Source of the DNA: Candidatus Falkowbacteria bacterium
GTDB lineage: Bacteria > Patescibacteriota > Patescibacteriia > CAIXNZ01
Length of the DNA: 64,000 nt
Direction of reading: 5' to 3'
NCBI GenBank assembly: GCA_963774955.1
Contig: CAVZGV010000003.1
Location: 192,771 to 256,770, forward strand
Shown: piece after piece, positions 37,808 to 45,570 of the stretch
How positions within the stretch are numbered: the first letter of the stretch is position 1
How the letters are laid out: each line of letters begins with the position of its first letter
Notes under the pieces: generated by a model
Databases searched by the model: none
What the model was told of the DNA's origin: nothing
What the model saw: only the letters and a program-made list of their open reading frames with translations
Made by a program: the position numbers and the translations under genes

Positions 37808-39284
37808 ATTTATTGTCGTTATTGTTTTGGCCATCGGATCCATTGTTTGTTTTGAAGATTTTAAATTTGGCAAAATTCGTAACAAGTGGATTAAGCTTGG
37901 GGCTCTTTTGGGCTTTTTGTTTTATTTTGTCTGCGGGATAATAACTATTTTATATAATTTAAATATTGTTAATTTTAGTTTTTACTTGGCAGATTATTAT
38001 CTGTTAGTTTTTTATAATACTCTAATTGCATTTATTTTGGGATTTATCCTCTGGTACTTTAAACTCTGGGCCGGTGGGGATGCTAAATTATTTACTCTTT
38101 ATGCATTTTTAATCCCATTGGAATTTTACGGTAACTGGTATTTTAAATATTGGCCGGCTTTGACTTTATTAATAAATATTATCCTGCCGATTTTTGTTTA
38201 TCTGTTGATTAAATTTTTACTTTATCCGATTAAACTGGGCATTAATTATTTGAAAAATCCGCGCTTGCTGGCCGAGTATTGCGGCAAATTTAAACAAGGA
38301 ACTGAATTTGATAAAACTAAAATAAAGACTTATATTAATGTTGCCTTAAGCTTTATCGTGATTTTAATATTTTTTCAGATTTTGAGGTCGCGGTTGGGTG
38401 ATTTGCTGACTCCATATCTTGGCCAGCTGCTCGTAGGCTTTTATTTTTTGATCGGTTTTGTGGTTTTTCAGCCCCTGCGAAAATTATTGCAAAAAAAAGA
38501 GTTATTGGTTTCTGTTTTGATCGCAGTATATTTTATTGCCGGCGCAATTTTTTTCAGGGAGACTGTTTTTGTTGATTTCCATAAAATATTTGCGCTGCAG
38601 TTTATTTTAATATTGTCATATTATTATATTTTTAAATACGGCCAGACATTGGGAAGATTTTTGTATAATTCAGCCGAGGTTAAAATGGTTCCTGCGGCAG
38701 AAATCGTAGCCGGAATGTATATCAATAAGGATTATATTCGCCAAATTTTAGGTTCCCGCTATAATTTTGAAGCATCAAAAAAGGAAATTTCTGCAAACTT
38801 AAATCCCGAGGAGGTAGCGCAATTGGAGAATATTTTAAAGTCCCGACAAAATGCAGCCGATAAATATTCTCGGTTACTCTCATCTTTGAGCCGTTTTAGC
38901 TTATCTTCAGTGCCGACTTTAATCCAACAGCTGTGGCAATTAAAACAGGAGAAAAAAATAGTGGCAAGTTTATTGGAAAAGATTAACGCCAAGCTGGATC
39001 AGGAACAAAAGGTTAAACTCCACAATTTATTAAATAAGCTTGATGAGAACCAAGTGTTTTTAAAATCCCTTAAAGGCAAATTAACCGTTGAACAGGCGAA
39101 TGATTTAAAAATCATAATTGCCAAGCGCAATCAGGAGGTTGTAAGTCAGGGCTTGGCACCTGTAGATACCATTATTCTGCATAAAACTTTTTCCTTTGCG
39201 CCCTGGATGCTTTTGGGGGTGATTATTACTTTGGTAACCAGAAGTTCATTGATCCATCTAATTTATCAATTATTTGGCAGGTAG
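37788..39284 (+). CDS. Polytopic membrane protein with an N-terminal A24 prepilin-peptidase-like domain (TadV/CpaA/FlaK family) and a long C-terminal coiled-coil region
   Basis: Two catalytic-Asp motifs characteristic of A24 aspartic peptidases: EDFKFGKIRN (D-x5-I-[P/R]-N) and WAGGDAKLFTLYAF (GGD-[AV]-KL). About 8 TM helices. Overlaps the preceding radical SAM gene by about 20 nt. Confidence 0.55.
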   Translation: MLNLVSKFIVVIVLAIGSIVCFEDFKFGKIRNKWIKLGALLGFLFYFVCGIITILYNLNIVNFSFYLADYYLLVFYNTLIAFILGFILWYFKLWAGGDAKLFTLYAFLIPLEFYGNWYFKYWPALTLLINIILPIFVYLLIKFLLYPIKLGINYLKNPRLLAEYCGKFKQGTEFDKTKIKTYINVALSFIVILIFFQILRSRLGDLLTPYLGQLLVGFYFLIGFVVFQPLRKLLQKKELLVSVLIAVYFIAGAIFFRETVFVDFHKIFALQFILILSYYYIFKYGQTLGRFLYNSAEVKMVPAAEIVAGMYINKDYIRQILGSRYNFEASKKEISANLNPEEVAQLENILKSRQNAADKYSRLLSSLSRFSLSSVPTLIQQLWQLKQEKKIVASLLEKINAKLDQEQKVKLHNLLNKLDENQVFLKSLKGKLTVEQANDLKIIIAKRNQEVVSQGLAPVDTIILHKTFSFAPWMLLGVIITLVTRSSLIHLIYQLFGR

Positions 39285-39400
39285 CATCTGGAGGCGTAAG
39301 TGGTTAAGATGCTTTTATATCCAACGGACTTTACAAGTAAATGTTTCCGATATATAATATATTTACTAATATTATTCTCAGTATATAAAATAAAAATATT

Positions 39401-39640
39401 ATGTTAGAAAATAAGGATTTACAACGAATTGGCCAAATTTTTGATGAGAAACTAGATCCTGTTAAGGCTAGTCTGAATTCTTTGGCAATGGAATTAGCAG
39501 ATATGAAAGCGACTTTAGCAAAAATTGATAAAAGAACTGATGAAGATACAACTGCTGCTTATGGGGAAATTGAGAAATTGAAAAAGAGAATCAGTTCTGT
39601 CGAAGAACAGATGAGAATTTTGCAAGCTCAAAAAGCCTAA
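39401..39640 (+). CDS. Small coiled-coil protein (79 aa)
   Basis: ORF followed by a strong terminator. Heptad-like K/E-rich sequence. Confidence 0.45.
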   Translation: MLENKDLQRIGQIFDEKLDPVKASLNSLAMELADMKATLAKIDKRTDEDTTAAYGEIEKLKKRISSVEEQMRILQAQKA

Positions 39641-39665
39641 TTATATTGGCATTGATTTAAATATT

Positions 39666-39690
39666 TACCCCCGCATGCGGGGTTTTTTGA
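39666..39690 (+). terminator. Rho-independent terminator
   Basis: ccccgcatgcgggg palindrome plus T6. Confidence 0.8.
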
Positions 39691-39721
39691 TTTTTATGGA
39701 AATTTAAGCTAAACTTAGGAT

Positions 39722-41104
39722 ATGAAATTATACAATACTTTAACCCGTAAAATTGAAGAATTTAAGCCAATCAAGGGTAAGAATATCGGGCTCTACACTT
39801 GTGGGCCGACTGTTTATGATTATGATCATATTGGCCATGCCTGGAATTATGCTATGGCTGATTTTTTGCGCCGTACTTTGGAATATAATGGTTATAAGGT
39901 AAAGCATGTAATGAATGTTACTGACGTCGGGCATTTGGTTCATGATGCTGAATCCGGTGAAGATAAGATGGAAAAAAGTGCCCGAGAAAAAGGGAAGACA
40001 GCTTGGGAAATTGCTGAATTCTTTCTGGATATTTTTTTGGCTAATCGTAAAAAACTAAATTTGGAAGAACCTCGGGTGATTTGTAAAGCCACTGATCATA
40101 TCAAGGAAATGATAAAAATGGTTCAAATTTTATTGGACAAAGGCTATGCTTATGAGATTAGTGATGGTATTTATTTTGATACTTCAAAATTTTCGAAATA
40201 CGGGCAATTGTCAGGTAATACTTTAGAAAGTCTAAAGGAAGGCGCCAGAATAGAAATTAATCCTGAAAAGAAAAACCCGACCGATTTTGTCTTATGGAAA
40301 TTTTCAGCAGCAGGTGAAAAACGACAGATGGAATGGCAGGCTTTTGGCCAGATGGGTTTTCCTGGCTGGCACATTGAATGTTCAGCCATGAGCATGAAAT
40401 ATCTGGGTGAATCATTTGAATTACATACCGGAGGAGAAGATAACATCTTTCCTCATCATGAATGCGAAATTGCCCAGTCTGAAGGAGTAACAGGCAAACC
40501 TTTTGTGCGCTATTGGTTGCATACACGTTTTTTAATGGTCGATGGCCAGAAAATGTCCAAGTCGTTAAATAATTTTTATACTTTTGCTGATCTGGAAGCA
40601 AAAGGTTTTTCAGCTCTTGATTTGCGATATTTATTTTTAACCGCCCATTACCGTTCCCAGCTGAATTTTACCTGGCAAAGTCTGGATGCGGCTAAAACCG
40701 CCCGCGAACGTTTGAATAATTTTATTTTGGGTATAAAGAAAAAGGGTAAAATAAACAAACGTTATAAGGAAATGTTCCTGGAAAAGATTAATGAAGATTT
40801 GGACATGCCCGGGGCTATAGCCTTAGTTTGGCAAATGATTAAGGATAAAAATGTTAGTGATGAAGATAAGAAGGCGACTTTGTTTGATTGGGATAAAGTC
40901 TTGGGCTTGGATTTAGCGAAATTAAAAAAAGAAAAAATAAAAATCCCCAAGGAGGTTGAGGCTTTAGTTAAAGCCAGGGAAGAGGCCAGACAGAATAAGG
41001 CTTGGGGTAAATCGGATGAACTGAGAAATAAAATCGAGGGCTTGGGTTTTTCAGTTGAAGATACTGCAAACGGCTCAATTGTTAAAAAAAATAATTTTAA
41101 ATAA
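39722..41104 (+). CDS. cysS: Cysteine--tRNA ligase
   Basis: YTCGPTVYDYDHIGHAWNY (HIGH motif), KMSKSLNN (KMSKS), and a zinc-binding Cys in WHIECS. Confidence 0.9.
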   Translation: MKLYNTLTRKIEEFKPIKGKNIGLYTCGPTVYDYDHIGHAWNYAMADFLRRTLEYNGYKVKHVMNVTDVGHLVHDAESGEDKMEKSAREKGKTAWEIAEFFLDIFLANRKKLNLEEPRVICKATDHIKEMIKMVQILLDKGYAYEISDGIYFDTSKFSKYGQLSGNTLESLKEGARIEINPEKKNPTDFVLWKFSAAGEKRQMEWQAFGQMGFPGWHIECSAMSMKYLGESFELHTGGEDNIFPHHECEIAQSEGVTGKPFVRYWLHTRFLMVDGQKMSKSLNNFYTFADLEAKGFSALDLRYLFLTAHYRSQLNFTWQSLDAAKTARERLNNFILGIKKKGKINKRYKEMFLEKINEDLDMPGAIALVWQMIKDKNVSDEDKKATLFDWDKVLGLDLAKLKKEKIKIPKEVEALVKAREEARQNKAWGKSDELRNKIEGLGFSVEDTANGSIVKKNNFK

Positions 41105-41117
41105 TAACTTTTATCTT

Positions 41118-41885
41118 ATGGGCATTTTTGATAAAATTTTTCCTGATAAAATAAAACCTAAAAGTTCGGATCCGGTGTCATATACTGAGATGTCGGACGC
41201 TGATTTAAAAGCCAAACAGGCTGCAGACAAAGCAGCGGCTTCGGTTAAGGCCGAACTATTATTAAAAAAAAGGAAGAAGGACATTCCTGAATATCAACAG
41301 GAATATTTAGAAGTTTCGAAAGAAATTGAATCAGTTAAAAATGATCGGAGGATTAATTCTTACTGGCTTGAGCGGGGTGGCGGTGATTTTCCAAAAATTG
41401 TGAATATGAATCATCGGCTGCAGGAATTGCAAGTTAAAAAGTCTCAACTGGATCGTATTTTAGGAAAAAATGCGGTTAAATTAGAGAAAGAATCATGCAA
41501 ACCATCATTGCAACGGCTGATTGAACGGACTAAAATGATGCACTCTGATTTAAATAATAACGAAGAGTGGGTTATGAGACGTTACGTAGATATATTGTCA
41601 ACGCTGGAGGCCATATCTAAAGATATTGCCGATGAAGATAATTTGGTAGATTATATTGATAATAAAATTAATTCTTTTGAAGAAAAATTTAGTAAGGCAA
41701 AAGATGATACTCTGCAGCATTATAAATATGCAGAAAATCTGGGGAAATTGAGAATTACCAAAGCTTGGGTTTTTGCGTATGCTGAAGAATGGGCGCAATA
41801 TCATCGACCAAAGGCCTGGGCAATGTATCAGGATGTTGAAAAGATCCCGGGATCAATGGAGGCTCAGCCAGCTGTTGCTAGCTAA
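41118..41885 (+). CDS. Hypothetical protein (about 255 aa)
   Basis: ORF starting MGIFDKIF after the cysS stop. No family recognised. Confidence 0.45.
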   Translation: MGIFDKIFPDKIKPKSSDPVSYTEMSDADLKAKQAADKAAASVKAELLLKKRKKDIPEYQQEYLEVSKEIESVKNDRRINSYWLERGGGDFPKIVNMNHRLQELQVKKSQLDRILGKNAVKLEKESCKPSLQRLIERTKMMHSDLNNNEEWVMRRYVDILSTLEAISKDIADEDNLVDYIDNKINSFEEKFSKAKDDTLQHYKYAENLGKLRITKAWVFAYAEEWAQYHRPKAWAMYQDVEKIPGSMEAQPAVAS

Positions 41886-41893
41886 TTTAAAAT

Positions 41894-42373
41894 ATGAATC
41901 AAGAAAAAATACCCACGATGGAAAGCAGTCGCGATCAGCTTTTAGCCTTGGAAAAAACAGGGCAGTATTTGTTTCACGGGTCAATGGGCTCTTTTGAATC
42001 ATTAGAACCGCGGCAGGCGATTAATGATAATGAGCTAACAAGAAAAAGGGAACAACATGGCGAACCGGCTATCTGTGCTACACCTTTTGCGGACGTGGCC
42101 ATTTTTTCAGCCTTGATTAAAGCTAATGCCCACAATATTAAAGATGAATCAAACTGCAGATATGACCTTGATGGTTCTAATTTTGAAACCACGCCAAATC
42201 TGCTGGCCGCTGCCCAAAAAACAACAGGCAAGGTTTACGTCTTAGATAAAAATGATTTTCAACTTTTTGGAGGCGAAGGCTATGAATGGCGCAGTGATAA
42301 AAATGTTGTTCCTGTTAAGGTGATTGAGGTTACGGCAGAAGATTTGCCGAAGAATATTAAAGTGATTGAATAA
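41894..42373 (+). CDS. Hypothetical protein (159 aa)
   Basis: ORF only. Confidence 0.45.
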   Translation: MNQEKIPTMESSRDQLLALEKTGQYLFHGSMGSFESLEPRQAINDNELTRKREQHGEPAICATPFADVAIFSALIKANAHNIKDESNCRYDLDGSNFETTPNLLAAAQKTTGKVYVLDKNDFQLFGGEGYEWRSDKNVVPVKVIEVTAEDLPKNIKVIE

Positions 42374-42390
42374 TTTTTATTTTTTAAAAA

Positions 42391-43307
42391 ATGCCGCCCT
42401 TCGACTATGCTCAGGGTGACATTTGGTCTATGAAACAAAATTTTTGGATAAAATTGAAGAAACCGATTATTGCCTTGGCGCCGATGGCGGGGATTAATGA
42501 CATGGCTTTTCGGCAGCTTTGTAAAAAATATGGCGCTGATGTGGTTTATTCGGAAATGGTTTCAGTGGATGGGTTGTTTTATAAATCAGACAAGACTTTT
42601 GAATTAATGAAATTTAATAAAAAGGAAAAACCATTGTGATTCAGCTTTTTGGCAATAAGCCGGAACTTTTTGCTAAGGCAGCTAAAGAAGTGGAAAAAAT
42701 CGGAGCTGATGGCGTGGATATTAATTTTGGCTGCCCGGCACCGAAGATTTATAAAATTATGGGCGGGGTTAGATTGATGCGCGATTTTAATTTATGTTAT
42801 GAAATTGTCAAAGCGACTTGTGCAGCTGTAAAAATTCCGGTTTCTATTAAAATCAGAATCGGCATAGGTAAAGTGACCGGTTTGGATTTGGTTAATAAAA
42901 TTAAGGATTTGCCTATTAGCGCAATTATGGTGCATGGCCGCAGTTTTGAGCAGGCATTTAGGGGCGAGGCTGATTTAGAGGCCATTAAACGCATAAAAAA
43001 GGCCTTTGGAGGTGTTGTTTTAGGCAATGGGGGAATTTATACCCCGGAAAAGGCCAAAGATATGCTGGTGCAAACAGGAGTTGACGGGATTGGTTTGGCC
43101 CAGGGAGTTTTGGGTAAACCCTGGCTGTTTAAGCAGGTTAAGGATTATTTAAAATCAGGCAAATATAAGGAATTGAATTTTAAGCAAATAAAAAAAGTCG
43201 CGTTGGCTCATGCGGCTTTAAATTATAAATTAAAAGGCAAGGTTGGCATCCTGGAAATGCGCAAACATCTGGGCTGGTATTTTAAAGGTTTTCGCGGGCG
43301 CGTCTGA
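42391..43307 (+). CDS. dus: tRNA-dihydrouridine synthase (DusB-like) split by a frameshift at about 42630-42640 (ORFs 42391-42639 and 42636-43307)
   Basis: N-terminal piece ALAPMAGINDMAFRQLCKKYGADVVYSEMVS. Remainder IQLFGNKPE...DINFGCPAPKI...MVHGR matches Dus. The break lies in an aaaaaggaaaaacc A-run. Confidence 0.8.
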
Positions 43308-43369
43308 TTTGAGGAAAAAGTTGGTGCAGGTGGAGACTTTAAAAGATATTAAGGGAATTCTGAGTAAAT

Positions 43370-43432
43370 AAAAACACCATTTGTCATACGCGACCGAAGC
43401 GGAGGTACGTGAACAAATGGTGTTTTTTTTTA
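43370..43432. terminator. Bidirectional terminator between dus and corA
   Basis: 12-bp stem aacaccatttgt...acaaatggtgtt with A5 upstream and T9 downstream. Confidence 0.7.
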
Positions 43433-44362
43433 AATCCATTTTTTGTATTTGAAATAACTGGCCATGGCCAAAGTCGCGATAAGCATTATTGATATAATTT
43501 GCCAGAAATCAAAATTTGATCCGACAATCGGCATATGGGCTACATTCATGCCAAAAATCGCCGCCATTAAAGTCAAGGGAAAAACAATAACTGAAAATAT
43601 TGTCAGAGTTCTCATTATATCGTTAAGTTTGAAAGTAACCAGGGCATTGTTGGTGTCTTCAAGCGCATCAATGGTCGCCTGATAGTTGCTCAATGTGTTC
43701 CAGATTTCTTGGGTATAATCAGTTAAATTCCGGTAAAATATTTTTGTTTCTTGCCCGTTAGTCAGATTATTTAATTTTTGTTCTATCACTTTATTTATTA
43801 TCCAAAGATGGCTCTGCATGATTTTCCGGAAATAGACAATGTTTCGCTTTATAACTAATATTTCTTCAACAGTTTCCCTTTCTCTTTTGGCAAAAATATT
43901 TTTTTCAATGGTGTTGATATCAAGGCTGAAATGGTCTAGCATCGGAAAAAGAGATAAATAAAGGCGATCTAACATTTCATGAAGCAGCATTGTTGAACCG
44001 TCGTTTAAATAAGTTTCTCGTTCATTTTTATTTTCAGCGCAGATATTAAAAAAATCAATCAGGGGTTTGAGTTGGTTATAATGAATTGTAATCAGATGGT
44101 CTTTGGTCACCAGAATATCAATTTCAGCCGGTGTGATCTCTCGTGTTTTTCGGTTGTATAACGGGAAAATTATGACCATAAAAATATAATTTGGTCTGAT
44201 GATAACTTTTGGCCGCTGGGCATGTTTATGAGCCAGAGAATCATTCAAATCTGATTCTTCAAATTTAAATTTTTTTCGCAAATAATCAATTTCTTTTTCT
44301 GAGGCATTGGTAATATCCAGCCAGGAAAGTTCGGAGGTTTTTACAATTTGTGATTGGGACAT
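43430..44362 (-). CDS. corA: Magnesium/cobalt transporter CorA
   Basis: C-terminal two TM helices with the FGMNVAHMP (GMN) motif. Soluble N-terminal domain of about 250 aa. Confidence 0.85.
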   Translation of the reverse strand: MSQSQIVKTSELSWLDITNASEKEIDYLRKKFKFEESDLNDSLAHKHAQRPKVIIRPNYIFMVIIFPLYNRKTREITPAEIDILVTKDHLITIHYNQLKPLIDFFNICAENKNERETYLNDGSTMLLHEMLDRLYLSLFPMLDHFSLDINTIEKNIFAKRERETVEEILVIKRNIVYFRKIMQSHLWIINKVIEQKLNNLTNGQETKIFYRNLTDYTQEIWNTLSNYQATIDALEDTNNALVTFKLNDIMRTLTIFSVIVFPLTLMAAIFGMNVAHMPIVGSNFDFWQIISIMLIATLAMASYFKYKKWI

Positions 44363-44596
44363 GTGTATTGGGTTAATTTTTGTTTGAATTTATTATAGCA
44401 TAAAATTGAGGATTCAGGAACCTGGATCTAGGTTTAGAGCATCTCACCTGTAGGATTTTGAATAAATATAGCAACAGTAACTGGCATTAGGATTTTACCG
44501 CCTATATGCTGTGTATAGTAATTTGGCTAGTTTTCGTTTCTATGGTATATTTTAGGTAGTTAGTTTGGAAGCGAATTTAACTAATTTTTATAGTTT

Positions 44597-45142
44597 ATGC
44601 CTAAAAAAATTCAGGATATTACAGCCAAACCAGAAACACCCCAGGATTTACCTAATCAGGAAATACCGGTTCAGCCAGAGATGCCGGAAGAGGTTGAAGT
44701 TGAAAAAAAGATTGAAGTGGAAAAAGCCCCGACTTTTCCTACTGAAGGCGCAATTGGTGCTGAGCAACAAGAAGCGGTTATGCCGGCGCAAGTTATTGCA
44801 CCCGCAGCTCCTCAGCCTCCGGTTAAAAGTCCGACCCTGGAAAAAATTGAAAATATATTGCAGGAAGATTTGCAGGATATTTATTTTCAGCTGCCGCCCA
44901 AAAAGCAGGCTGAATTTCGTGAGGTCGGCGAAGAAACAGCGACCAGGATTGCAAAAATGATGAGTGGCGTCAAGATTCATGTCAAGAAAATATTAGAGCT
45001 GATCATTAATTGGCTCAAAATAATTCCCGGATTGAATAGATATTTCTTGGAACAGGAAGCGAAAATTAAAACCGATGAGATATTAAAACTTAAGCAGGAT
45101 CAAAAACAATCAAATTCAGGCGGGGATCAGAATAAAATCTAG
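44597..45142 (+). CDS. Pro/Glu-rich hypothetical protein (181 aa)
   Basis: ORF. Overlapping track ORFs 44565+ and 44648- are treated as shadows. Confidence 0.4.
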   Translation: MPKKIQDITAKPETPQDLPNQEIPVQPEMPEEVEVEKKIEVEKAPTFPTEGAIGAEQQEAVMPAQVIAPAAPQPPVKSPTLEKIENILQEDLQDIYFQLPPKKQAEFREVGEETATRIAKMMSGVKIHVKKILELIINWLKIIPGLNRYFLEQEAKIKTDEILKLKQDQKQSNSGGDQNKI

Positions 45143-45204
45143 AGGATTAATAAAAATAAAATCACTGACTGAGGCGGCTCCGCTCAACAGTCAGAAAAAA
45201 CAAA

Positions 45205-45570
45205 ATGCCAGAATACCCACAACAATTGGATTTATTTAGTTTAACAGGCCCGGAACTTTGGGTGGTTTGGGGTATTATTTTAGTACTCATTGTTTTCGCC
45301 GTGATGTTTTTATTTTTTATTATCACCAGGATTACCCGGCTGTTTTTCAAAAAAGCCGCGACTTTTAAACAAATGGTTTTGCTGGTTACTGTGCCAAGAT
45401 ATAAGCAGGTGGAACAAGGACAGACCGGACAGCAGCCCAAGTCACAGCAGGAATTGGCGGAAAAAATATCTAAGATGGAAGCTTTTTTTGCCAATATAGC
45501 CGGTTTGACCTCCAAAAAGGCTTTAAATATCAATTCATGCCGCGCAATGACCATTTTTCCTTTGAAATAG
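45205..45570 (+). CDS. Single-TM membrane protein, probably the N-terminal membrane anchor of the downstream VirD4/TraD-like ATPase, separated by a T7 frameshift
   Basis: TM helix LWVVWGIILVLIVFAVMFLFFII. The frame with the ATPase ORF is open across gctttttttgcc (about 45481-45492). Confidence 0.45.
   Translation: MPEYPQQLDLFSLTGPELWVVWGIILVLIVFAVMFLFFIITRITRLFFKKAATFKQMVLLVTVPRYKQVEQGQTGQQPKSQQELAEKISKMEAFFANIAGLTSKKALNINSCRAMTIFPLK

Noticed and set aside
44565-44980. Highly basic ORF 44565-44960(+) and antisense ORF 44648-44980(-)
   Set aside because: Alternative frames of the Pro/Glu-rich 44597-45142 ORF. The Arg/Lys-rich translation is typical of off-frame reading of GAA/AAG-rich sequence.
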